Shown one piece after another: positions 30,726-39,473 of a stretch of 64,000 nucleotides of DNA. The stretch spans positions 14,062-78,061 of the forward strand of contig JAANWZ010000130.1 of NCBI GenBank assembly GCA_018263585.1. The letters run 5' to 3'. The notes beneath the pieces are model-generated. The model worked only from the letters and a program-made list of their open reading frames with translations. It had not been told where the DNA came from and ran no database searches. Both the position numbers and the translations under genes were made by a program. Position 1 is the first letter of the stretch; each line of letters begins with the position of its first letter. The DNA comes from Calditrichota bacterium. GTDB lineage: Bacteria; Electryoneota; Electryoneia; Electryoneales; Electryoneaceae.

Positions 30726-32506
30726 GCGAGCGCACGCGCAAGTCGATCCACGAAGAGGAGAGCCTCGGTGTCGTGTTCGAACCGCGGCTCGTGAAGCGTC
30801 TGCTCTCCTACCTGCGACCGTACCGCGGCAAGGTCGTGATCGCGGTGGTCCTGCTGCTCGCGGTCGCCGGGCTCGAGCAACTCGGACCGTACCTGACGAA
30901 AGTCGCGCTCGACGACTACATCAAGCCCGGCGATTTCCAGGGCCTGATCGGGGTCGTGCTGCTCTACCTCGGGCTGTACGTGCTGCTCTCGCTGGTGCGC
31001 GTCGGTCAGGCGGTGCTCACCGGCTGGGTCGGCGAACACGTGATGTACGACATCCGCCGCGAAGTGTTCGCCCACTTCCAGCGCCACACGCTCAGCTTCT
31101 TCGACCGCAACCCCGTTGGCAGGCTGGTCACGCGCAACACGAACGACGTGCAGACGCTGAGCGAGATCTTCTCCTCCGGAATCGTCGTCGTGTTCGGCGA
31201 CCTGTTCATGCTGATCGGGATCATCGTCGCGATGGTGCTGCTCAACTGGAAACTGGCGCTGGTCGCGATCGCGGTCGTGCCGCTCGTCGTGTTCGCGACG
31301 TTCTTCTTCCGCGGCCGCCTGCGCGACGCGTTCCGTTCGGTCCGCATTGAAACGGCCGGCGTCAATTCGTTCCTCCAGGAGCACCTTTCCGGCGTTCGAA
31401 TCGTGCAGCTGTTCAACCACGAATCGCACACCGACCGGGCGTTTTCACATGTCAACGGCCGTCTCCGCGGCGCCCACCTGCGCACGGTCAGCCTGTTCAG
31501 CGTGTTCTTCCCCGTGCTCGAGCTGCTGAGCGCGTCCGCGGTCGCGCTCATCATCTTCCGCGGCGGCGGGCTCAGCGTCGACGGCGCGATCACGATCGGG
31601 ACGCTCGTCGCGTTCCTCCAGTACGCCGAGCGCTTCTTCCGCCCGATTCGCGACCTCGCCGAGAAGTGGAACATCTTCCAGGCGGGGATGGCGTCCGCGG
31701 AGCGCGTGTTCAAGGTGCTCGACACGAAGCCGGAGATCAGCGACCCCGTTCGCCCGAAGCAGCCCGGCGAACGCAGGGGGAAGATCGAGTTCGATCATGT
31801 CCGGTTCGGCTACGGCGACGAGGAGGACGTGCTCAAGGACGTGCATTTCACGATCGAGCCGGGCGAGACCGCGGCGATCGTCGGCGTCACCGGCGCGGGC
31901 AAGACGACGATGATCAACCTGATCGGCCGTTTCTATGACGTGCGCTCCGGGGCGATCCGGATCGACGGCGTTGATGTCCGCGAACTCAGGCGCGAAGATC
32001 TGCTCCGCGAGCTCGCGTACGTGAGCCAGGACATCTTCCTGTTCAGCGGCACGATCCGCGACAACATCGCGCTCGGGGACGAGTTCACGGACGAGCAGAT
32101 CCGGCGTGCGGCGAAGATGGTGCACGCCGACACGTTCATCGAGCGCCTGCCGCGCGGATACGATGAGGAAGTCACGGAACGCGGCGGCACGCTCTCGACC
32201 GGCCAGCGCCAGCTCCTCTCGTTCGCCCGCGCGATGGTCCGCGACCCGAAGCTGCTCGTGCTCGACGAGGCGACCAGCTCCGTTGACCCGGAAACGGAGG
32301 CGCACATTCAGGACGCGACCGCCGTGCTGATGCGCGGGCGAACATCGATCATCGTCGCCCACCGGCTGAGCACCGTGCAGCGCGCGAACCGGATCCTCGT
32401 GATGCACAAGGGGAAGCTGTGCGAGATGGGTACACACCGCGAGCTGCTGCGCAAGCGCGGCATCTACTGGCGGCTGTTCGAGCTCCAGTACCGGCGCGTC
32501 GCCTGA
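30722..32506 (+). CDS. ABC exporter, fused permease/ATPase, subunit 2 (heterodimer partner)
   Basis: ATGA overlap with subunit 1. GVTGAGKTT, LSTGQRQL, LVLDEATSSVD. Confidence 0.85.
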   Translation: MSERTRKSIHEEESLGVVFEPRLVKRLLSYLRPYRGKVVIAVVLLLAVAGLEQLGPYLTKVALDDYIKPGDFQGLIGVVLLYLGLYVLLSLVRVGQAVLTGWVGEHVMYDIRREVFAHFQRHTLSFFDRNPVGRLVTRNTNDVQTLSEIFSSGIVVVFGDLFMLIGIIVAMVLLNWKLALVAIAVVPLVVFATFFFRGRLRDAFRSVRIETAGVNSFLQEHLSGVRIVQLFNHESHTDRAFSHVNGRLRGAHLRTVSLFSVFFPVLELLSASAVALIIFRGGGLSVDGAITIGTLVAFLQYAERFFRPIRDLAEKWNIFQAGMASAERVFKVLDTKPEISDPVRPKQPGERRGKIEFDHVRFGYGDEEDVLKDVHFTIEPGETAAIVGVTGAGKTTMINLIGRFYDVRSGAIRIDGVDVRELRREDLLRELAYVSQDIFLFSGTIRDNIALGDEFTDEQIRRAAKMVHADTFIERLPRGYDEEVTERGGTLSTGQRQLLSFARAMVRDPKLLVLDEATSSVDPETEAHIQDATAVLMRGRTSIIVAHRLSTVQRANRILVMHKGKLCEMGTHRELLRKRGIYWRLFELQYRRVA

Positions 32507-32653
32507 CCCGGCTCGCACGCTCCGCCTGCGAAACCGAGCCGCACCTCTCGCCCGTTGCCCGCCCGCCCGATCCGCCCTCATCTTCCTCCGGTCGATTGAG
32601 GTGGGGAGGACGGACCGCAGCCGGGAACCGGTCGCCGCAACAGCGGAGGAATC

Positions 32654-33673
32654 GTGGCGCGAGGCAAACTCACTCCCGCGGATTTCAGGAAACGTGCGCG
32701 CGCGGGCTCGCTCGCACCCGTGTACGCCGCGATCGGCGGGGAACTGCTGCTGCACGACGCCGTTGAACACGCCGCGCGCGCGATCCCGGACGAGCCCACG
32801 CGCGACTTCAACCTTGACATCCTTCACGGAGACGGGCTCGATGCGCGCGAGCTCGCGCCGGCGCTGTCCGCGCTGCCGGTGATGGCCGAGCGCAGGGTCG
32901 TACTCGTGAAACACGCGGAAGCGATCACACCGACCGTGCAGAAGTACGTCTCCGAGTACGCGAACGATCCGGTCGAGAGCACGCTGCTCGTGCTCCTGAT
33001 CGGCACGGACGGGAAGCAGGCGTGGGTGAAGAAGCTCGCGTCGGCCGTGGACGTGATCGACTGCGGCACTCCGCGGCGGCCGGCGCTCGCAAAATGGGCG
33101 CGGCGCACGGCGGAACAGCTCGGCGTCGGCATCGACGAGGACGCACTCGCGCTGCTGACCGACACCGGCGGGCGCTTGATCGACCTGTACGGCGAACTGC
33201 TGAAGGCGTCGCTGCTGATCGACGAGGGGGAGACGATCACGCTCGAGGTGCTGCAACGCGTCTGGGGCATCCGTGAGGAAGTGAACGTGTGGTCGTTTTT
33301 CGATCACGTCGCCGCCGGTGACAGGCTCACCGCGTTGAAGGAGCTGGAGGTGCTCCAGGACAATATCGACAAGGACTCGGGTTTTTTCTTCTCGCAGATC
33401 GCGCGGCGCTGGCGTCTCGCGGCGAAGGAGCGGGGCTACGATCGGCGCAGAGTGCCCCCTTCCGAGCGCAGATGGAGCGGGAACACGAAGCGGCAGTGGC
33501 AAATGGCGTCGGCGGCTGTGCGCGCCTTACCTTTCTCGTTTACCGACCGGCAGCTCGAGCGCCTGCTCGTCCATGACCGAACGAGGAAGACGCGCACGCT
33601 CGACCCGATGATCGGCTTCGCCAATCTGATCCACCGTATCTCGCTCGATCGGAAGGATGTCAATAATGGCTGA
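32654..33673 (+). CDS. holA: DNA polymerase III delta subunit-like
   Basis: 339 aa. N-terminal region resembles HolA clamp-loader delta (PVYAAIGGELLLHDAVEH...). GTG start after GGAGGA. Confidence 0.5.
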   Translation: MARGKLTPADFRKRARAGSLAPVYAAIGGELLLHDAVEHAARAIPDEPTRDFNLDILHGDGLDARELAPALSALPVMAERRVVLVKHAEAITPTVQKYVSEYANDPVESTLLVLLIGTDGKQAWVKKLASAVDVIDCGTPRRPALAKWARRTAEQLGVGIDEDALALLTDTGGRLIDLYGELLKASLLIDEGETITLEVLQRVWGIREEVNVWSFFDHVAAGDRLTALKELEVLQDNIDKDSGFFFSQIARRWRLAAKERGYDRRRVPPSERRWSGNTKRQWQMASAAVRALPFSFTDRQLERLLVHDRTRKTRTLDPMIGFANLIHRISLDRKDVNNG

Positions 33674-34277
33674 GCGGCCACGTCCGAATCATGAGCAACC
33701 ATACAGGGATCTCACCGACGAAGAGCTGATGGCGCTCGTCCAGCAGGACGACGAGATCGCGTTCGAGCTCCTCGTCGAGCGCTATCAGCATCCGTTGATG
33801 ACTTTCATCTCCCGCTTTCTCGGAGCGGGCAGCCACACGCAGGACGTGTTGCAGGAGACGTATATCCGCGTGTGGCGGCACCGGCATCACTACAAGACGG
33901 TCGCCAGGTTCTCGACCTGGGTCTATACGATCGCGGGCAACCTCTCGAAGACTGAGCTGCGCCGGCAGAAGATCCGGCGCATGGTCCCGATCCGCACCGG
34001 CGGGGAGTCACCGGAGGACGAGTCGGTCGATGTCGAGGATCCGGGGCCGGCGACGGACGAGCGCGCGCGGCGAAACGAGATCCGCCGCCGGGTGAACCAG
34101 GAGATGCAGCGGCTGCCGGACGCGTATCGCGCCGCCGTGATCCTGAGAGACTTGCAGAACAAGAGCTACGAGGAGATTGCGGAGATTCTCAATGTGCCGA
34201 TCGGCACGATCAAGTCGCGTGTAAACCGCGGGCGCGCCCGGCTGCAGAAGCGGCTCAAGGCCCTCCGGGAGCCGTAA
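33666..34277 (+). CDS. ECF-type RNA polymerase sigma-70 factor
   Basis: Region 2 (YIRVWRHRHHY...STWVYTIAGN) and region 4 HTH (SYEEIAEILNVPIGTIKSRVNRGRARL). Confidence 0.85.
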   Translation: MAERPRPNHEQPYRDLTDEELMALVQQDDEIAFELLVERYQHPLMTFISRFLGAGSHTQDVLQETYIRVWRHRHHYKTVARFSTWVYTIAGNLSKTELRRQKIRRMVPIRTGGESPEDESVDVEDPGPATDERARRNEIRRRVNQEMQRLPDAYRAAVILRDLQNKSYEEIAEILNVPIGTIKSRVNRGRARLQKRLKALREP

Positions 34278-34651
34278 TCGGCCGCCGGGGAACCTTGACG
34301 GCCGGGGCGAGTACCAGCATCGAAACACGCGTTCGTCCGACTCATGCACGGTGTCGCGTCCGGTTCCGGGGAGGTGTTCGCGGAGCTGTCCGGGAACGCC
34401 TGCGCGACTTGCGTGTGCAACCGTTCGACGATGGCAGTGGAGGACCGCGCCGGTCCCGGTGTGCGCGGCGCGGGAGCTGCTTGACAGTGCGATTGCTTCC
34501 TCACGGTGTCGTACATGGTCCGGGGGATGAGCCGCGTTCGTACCGGCTCACGGATCCATCAATACAGGTCTGCTTGTTCAGGGAGATGGAGGTGACGAAG
34601 CCCGTGGAGGCAAGCTGTATGTCCGCGGGCGAGTGAGAACCGTTGACATGA

Positions 34652-35197
34652 GTGTGGACGATGAATCTTGAGACGTTTGAGGAGCTCTGGCCGGAGCGCG
34701 ACCGGATGGACGACGAAACGCGTGCGCTGCTTGAACAGATGTACGCGAGCGATCGTCACTGCCGCGCCTACGCCGACGGCGGTGATTGGGTGAGAGTTCT
34801 CCTGCAGGCTGATGATCCCGAGCTCGCCCCCGCCGATTTGTCCTACCGAATGCGCCTGTTCGCGCAGAACAACCCCGACACAGACGAACCCGGTTCACGA
34901 TCCTGGCTGCGCTGGCCGGTTGTCACGGTCGGAGCTGCGGCCGGAGTCGCCGCGATGTTTGTCGCGTTCGGCCCGATGCTGAACGAGGAACACGCGTCGA
35001 CTGCGCCCGCGAGCGCCGGCCACTCGGGGGAAGAGGACGCTCGGATGGCGCCGGTTCCATTGGTTCTCGGTGCGGACGAGACAAGAGAGCTGGCGAAGTC
35101 GTCGGACAGCACGCGCGCGGACAGCGTGAAAACCCCTGCGCGGGACGTCGATCAGCCCGACTGGGACATGCGCGCCGTGAGCGCGGGCAACCAGTAA
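34652..35197 (+). CDS. Putative anti-sigma factor (single TM)
   Basis: N-terminal cytoplasmic segment with HC motif. One TM helix (WPVVTVGAAAGVAAMFVAF). Low-complexity periplasmic tail. Lies downstream of the ECF sigma after a 380-nt spacer. Confidence 0.35.
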   Translation: MWTMNLETFEELWPERDRMDDETRALLEQMYASDRHCRAYADGGDWVRVLLQADDPELAPADLSYRMRLFAQNNPDTDEPGSRSWLRWPVVTVGAAAGVAAMFVAFGPMLNEEHASTAPASAGHSGEEDARMAPVPLVLGADETRELAKSSDSTRADSVKTPARDVDQPDWDMRAVSAGNQ

Positions 35198-35355
35198 TCG
35201 CCCGTACGCGGGACCGGCTCGTGTTCAGACGCCGCCCCGGTGCGGCAGGGTGGCCCGGGGCTCCCCGCGGGTTTCATGCACGCATGGATAAGCCGCGCGG
35301 GCAAGGTGCGCACCGCACCCGGGCCGCACGGGCGACACTGATGTGATTGGCGGAG

Positions 35356-35381
35356 GGGGACGCTTGCTGGCAAGCGTCCCC
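35356..35381. repeat. 26-bp perfect palindrome GGGGACGCTTGC-TG-GCAAGCGTCCCC
   Basis: Seen directly. In the non-coding region downstream of the putative anti-sigma gene. Confidence 0.85.
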
Positions 35382-35527
35382 GGTGTCGGGGCCTGGTGGC
35401 CCGCGAGCTTGCCGCGGGACAGGAGTCTGAGCTACATTCCACACCTGCAGATCCACCCGTCCCCGGGTGGATCGCTTATCTTGAACGGTTCGCAATTACA
35501 GGGCCGGTTGCGCATTCGGCGCAGGGT

Positions 35528-35680
35528 GTCATCCTGAACAAGCGCGGCGTCCGTTTGCCGCGCGCTGTGAAGGATCTACGCGGTGCACCACCAGGATGTC
35601 ATTTGACACGCACCCGCGCGGTTCTTGCTGGCAGATCCTTCACCCCCGCACAATAGAGACGTGCGGGGGTTCAGGATGAC
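35528..35680. repeat. MITE/REP-like element, variant copy E
   Basis: GTCATCCTGAACAAGC...GTTCAGGATGAC termini. Divergent interior carrying the GAAGGATC / GATCCTTC pair. Confidence 0.7.
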
Positions 35681-35780
35681 ACTGAGGCGGCGCTAAAACG
35701 GACCGGTGGCTGGGGTCCAAGATGACTCGACCTTGCATTTGCGCGGAAGCCTATTCAAAGAGAAACGCAGGAGTTTTCAG

Positions 35781-35978
35781 ATGGCCAAGGGGAAATCGTT
35801 CGCCGCGAAGCTGGCGAAGGGAAAGGGCGCGTCGAAGCGGGTGAACGCCGCCGGCGAAGAGATAACCACCGTGCGCGTGCTCAAGCCCACCGAGGTCCCG
35901 GGCAAGCCCGGCGTGTATCGTTATCGTGAAGTGATGGTGGACGTGGTCCCGTCGAAGGAAAAGGAGATCTTTGGCTGA
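35781..35978 (+). CDS. Small basic protein (DUF4295-like?)
   Basis: AGGAG RBS. 65 aa, Lys-rich N-terminus and PGKPGVYRYREVMV core resemble DUF4295 small proteins. Confidence 0.4.
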   Translation: MAKGKSFAAKLAKGKGASKRVNAAGEEITTVRVLKPTEVPGKPGVYRYREVMVDVVPSKEKEIFG

Positions 35979-37161
35979 TCGCGACCGCCGTGCGTTCCTG
36001 ATCGTGCTCGACGGCGTCGGGATCGGCGCGGCGCCGGACGCCGGCGAGTACGGTGATGCCGGCGCGAACACGCTCGCGCATGTCGCCGGTATGTCCGGCG
36101 GGGTGGAGCTGCCCGTGCTCGCGCGACTCGGGCTCGGAAACATCGCCTCGCTCACAGGCGTCCGGCCGGCGCGGAATCCGCAGGCGTCCCACGGGCTGAT
36201 GCGCGAACTCGGCGCCGGCAAGGACTCGATCACCGGCCACTGGGAACTGTGCGGCGTGATCAACGACACGCCGTTTCCCACGTACCCGGACGGGTTCCCC
36301 GGCGACGTCGTCGCTCTCGTCGAGCGGATCAGCGGCCGGGACGTGATCGGCAACGAGGCGGCCTCGGGCACGGAGATCATGCAGCGCCTGGGCGCGGAGC
36401 ATCTGCGCACGGGCGCTTTGATTATCTACACTTCCGCCGATTCCGTGCTCCAGATTCTCGCGCACGAACGTGTAGTCCCGCTTGCCGAGCTGTACCGGAT
36501 CTGCGAGCGCATCCGCAGGCAACTCCCCCGCGAGCACCGGGTCGGGCGCGTGATCGCGCGGCCGTTCGCCGGTGAACAGGGCGGGTTCGAACGCACCGCG
36601 AACCGCCGCGACTTCGCCGTCGAGCCGCCCGATCAGACGCTGCTCGACCAGTTGATGAGAGAGCGGGTGCGCGTGCACGGGATCGGCAAAGTGGACACGC
36701 TGTTCGCGGGAAGAGGCTTCACGAGCCGCACGCGCACGAAGAGTAACACGGACGGGATCATTGCCACGCTCGAGCGAATCCGATCGACGGTGCCCGGTCT
36801 CGTGTTCACGAACCTGCTCGATTTCGACACGCGCTGGGGCCACCGGAATGACGTCGCCGGCTTCGCGAAGGGCCTCGAGGATTTCGACAAGGGGCTCAAG
36901 TACTGGGTCGAAGCCCTGCGCCCGGGCGATTTGATGATTCTCACCGCGGATCACGGCAACGACCCGACCTTCCCGGGCACCGACCACACGCGCGAGCTCG
37001 TTCCGCTGCTCGCATGGCATGGCGGTGGGATCCGCGGCCGTGACCTCGGCCTGCGCCACGGGTTCGCCGATGTCGCCGCGACTGTAGCCGCGCATTTCGG
37101 GCTCGAATGGAACGGTCCGGGCGAGTCGTTCCTCTCCGATGTGCCGTATCCGTGGGGTTGA
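35971..37161 (+). CDS. deoB: Phosphopentomutase
   Basis: LIVLDGVGIG and TADHGND alkaline-phosphatase-superfamily motifs typical of DeoB. TTG start after AAGGAG. Confidence 0.85.
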   Translation: MADRDRRAFLIVLDGVGIGAAPDAGEYGDAGANTLAHVAGMSGGVELPVLARLGLGNIASLTGVRPARNPQASHGLMRELGAGKDSITGHWELCGVINDTPFPTYPDGFPGDVVALVERISGRDVIGNEAASGTEIMQRLGAEHLRTGALIIYTSADSVLQILAHERVVPLAELYRICERIRRQLPREHRVGRVIARPFAGEQGGFERTANRRDFAVEPPDQTLLDQLMRERVRVHGIGKVDTLFAGRGFTSRTRTKSNTDGIIATLERIRSTVPGLVFTNLLDFDTRWGHRNDVAGFAKGLEDFDKGLKYWVEALRPGDLMILTADHGNDPTFPGTDHTRELVPLLAWHGGGIRGRDLGLRHGFADVAATVAAHFGLEWNGPGESFLSDVPYPWG

Positions 37162-37176
37162 GCAGAGCGGCTGCCG

Positions 37177-37767
37177 ATGACGAAGTTGTACGTATCAACG
37201 AAGAACCCGGACAAACTCCGCGAGCTGGGTGAACTGCTCGGCGCGGATGTCGAGCTGCTCCATCCGGACCCGGGCGACCCGGAGATCGAGGAGACGGGCG
37301 CGACGTTGTCGGAAAACGCGCGCCTGAAGGCGGAAGCGGGCCACCGTCGCAGCGGGCTGATCAGCCTCGCCGACGATACGGGCCTGGAGGTCGATGCGCT
37401 CTCCGGCGCGCCGGGCGTGTACTCCGCCCGCTACGCCGGCCCGGGCGCGAGCTACCGGGACAACCTTCAGCGGCTGCTGCGCGAGCTGCACGGCACGGAT
37501 CCGGCTCACCGCACGGCCCGGTTTCGCTGCGTGATCTGTTGCGCGGGCGTCGATAATGAGCCTCGTCGCTTCGACGGCGTGCTCGCAGGCCGGATCATCG
37601 ACACGCCCCGCGGCGACCGCGGATTCGGCTACGACCCGGTGTTCGTCCCGGACGGCGAGGAACGCACGCTCGCCGAGCTGAGTGCAGATGAGAAGAACCG
37701 GATCAGCCACCGCGGGCGCGCGCTCCGGGCGTTTCTCGCCTGGTGGAGAGAGAGGGTGGCTGTTTGA
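37177..37767 (+). CDS. rdgB: Non-canonical purine NTP pyrophosphatase (RdgB/HAM1)
   Basis: 196 aa with TKNPDKLRE, FRCVI, and GFGYDPVF motifs. Confidence 0.88.
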   Translation: MTKLYVSTKNPDKLRELGELLGADVELLHPDPGDPEIEETGATLSENARLKAEAGHRRSGLISLADDTGLEVDALSGAPGVYSARYAGPGASYRDNLQRLLRELHGTDPAHRTARFRCVICCAGVDNEPRRFDGVLAGRIIDTPRGDRGFGYDPVFVPDGEERTLAELSADEKNRISHRGRALRAFLAWWRERVAV

Positions 37768-37822
37768 TTTGACGGCGCGGGTTCCGTTCATGACCGGACC
37801 GCGCGAGCTGGATGAGGCGACG

Positions 37823-39034
37823 ATGCCGGTGAAGGAGAAGAAGCGGCCCGCCGTGGACGCGGGAGCGCGAGTCGGCGGGCCGGTCTATCTCGACCACAGC
37901 GCGACCACGCCCGTGGACCCCGAGGTGGCGGATCTCGTGCACCGAGTGATGCTCGAGGGCTGGGGCAACCCGAGCAGCAAGTACAAGCCCGGCAACGCGG
38001 CGAAGATCGTGCTCGAACGCAGCCGCGAACGTGTCGCAAACCTGCTCGGCGCGCCGAAGGAGGACGTGTTCTTCACCTCCGGCGGCACGGAATCGGACAA
38101 CCTCGCGATCTTCGGGGTGATGGAGGCGGCTCGTGACGCCGGCCGCGGCGACCACTTCATCACCGACGCGATCGAGCACAGCGCCGTGCTGCACACCGTG
38201 GACGCGCTCCGCGAGGACGGTTTCCGTGTCACCGTGCTCCCGGTGACGGCGGGCGGGTTCGTCGAGCCGGATGCGCTGCGCGACGCGATCGACGACCGCA
38301 CCGTGCTCGCGAGCGTGATGCACGTGAACAACGAGATCGGCACGATCGAGCCGATCCGCGAGCTGGCCGCGGTCGCGCATGAACGCGGCGTTCTTTTCCA
38401 CACCGACGCTGTGCAGTCGTTCGGCAAAGAGGCGTTGGATGTGCGCGAGTCGGAGGTTGATCTCGTGTCGGTGAGCAGCCACAAGATCTACGGGCCGAAG
38501 GGTGTCGGCGCGCTCTACATCCGGCACGGCGTCGAGATCCGCCCGCGCCAGTTCGGCGGCGGGCAGGAGCGCGGAATCCGCACCGGCACGGAGAACATGC
38601 CCGGGATCGCCGGCTTCGGCGCGGCCGCGGAGTTGTGCGGTGAACGGATGGACGCCGACCGCGAGCGCATCGGCGCGCTCTGTGACCGCTTCCTCGGCTG
38701 GATCCGCGACGAGTGCGGCGGCGATGTGCTCGTCAACGGCAGCCGCGAGAACCGGATCTACCTCAACCTCAACCTCCGCTTCCCGGACGTGGAAGGCGAA
38801 TCGCTGTTGCTCGCGCTCGACCTCGACGGAATCGCGGTGTCCACCGGGTCCGCGTGCAGCTCCGGTTCGACGGAGCCGTCACACGTGCTGCTCGCACTCG
38901 GGCTCAGCGAACAGGAGGCGCACTCTTCGATTCGGCTCACGCTCGGCCGCGGCAACGACGAGGTCGGTCTCCGTTACGCCGCGGAGTGTATCGGCCGCCA
39001 CGTCCGCCGCTTGCGTGAGATGGCGGCGTGGTGA
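37823..39034 (+). CDS. Cysteine desulfurase (IscS/NifS family)
   Basis: YLDHSATTP. SSHKIYGPKGVGALY (PLP lysine). SGSACSSGS active-site Cys loop. GAGG RBS. Confidence 0.88.
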   Translation: MPVKEKKRPAVDAGARVGGPVYLDHSATTPVDPEVADLVHRVMLEGWGNPSSKYKPGNAAKIVLERSRERVANLLGAPKEDVFFTSGGTESDNLAIFGVMEAARDAGRGDHFITDAIEHSAVLHTVDALREDGFRVTVLPVTAGGFVEPDALRDAIDDRTVLASVMHVNNEIGTIEPIRELAAVAHERGVLFHTDAVQSFGKEALDVRESEVDLVSVSSHKIYGPKGVGALYIRHGVEIRPRQFGGGQERGIRTGTENMPGIAGFGAAAELCGERMDADRERIGALCDRFLGWIRDECGGDVLVNGSRENRIYLNLNLRFPDVEGESLLLALDLDGIAVSTGSACSSGSTEPSHVLLALGLSEQEAHSSIRLTLGRGNDEVGLRYAAECIGRHVRRLREMAAW

Positions 39035-39171
39035 GATGGTTTCCCCGGGCGGCGTCCCGGTGCTGTGTCGTCGCGCCGGGCGAGGACGACTCACTTCCCT
39101 CGTGCGTGCACTTGCGAGCATTCGGTTATCCCTTTGGCTCAGCCGGGAGCAATATCGCGGGTGGCAAGGGT

Positions 39172-39363
39172 GTCATTCTGACCGAAGCCCGACGTCTTTT
39201 TGTCGGGCGAAGGGAAGAAGGTGCAGGTCTGACACGGGTGGAGGATACCATGAAACTCGTGAAATAACCCTTGGATAAGCTGGACCTTCTTTATCCGCGT
39301 TCACGCAAACAGACGCGTGAGGAGGGGACGCTTGCTGGCAAGCGTCCCCACAGCCAGAATGAC
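39172..39363. repeat. MITE/REP-like element, copy F (inverse orientation of D; carries a nested 26-bp palindrome)
   Basis: About 85% identical to the reverse complement of D. GGGGACGCTTGCTGGCAAGCGTCCCC is inserted near one end. Confidence 0.8.
39324..39349. repeat. 26-bp perfect palindrome GGGGACGCTTGC-TG-GCAAGCGTCCCC (nested in element F)
   Basis: Seen directly. Confidence 0.85.
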
Positions 39364-39473
39364 GCCTCTGCCACCCGGGTGTGCTTCAGAGTCCGGTCCA
39401 TGCACGTGGCTGAGCGAACGGTATAACCCGTTGCCGGCAGGCGTCCCTTTTTCGAGGAAGACTCAATCCACCG

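Noticed and set aside
34295-34636. 113-aa ORF in the sigma/anti-sigma spacer
   Set aside because: Third-codon-position GC is not elevated, unlike every confident gene here. Cys/Arg-rich with no family resemblance.
38502-39278. 258-aa ORF on the + strand plus 15519..15782(-) sharing a C-terminal peptide (…GWQGCHSDRSPTS…GGGYHETRE…TLG)
   Set aside because: The shared tail is repeat element D/F read in the same relative orientation. The upstream part of 38502..39278 is an out-of-frame read through the cysteine desulfurase gene.
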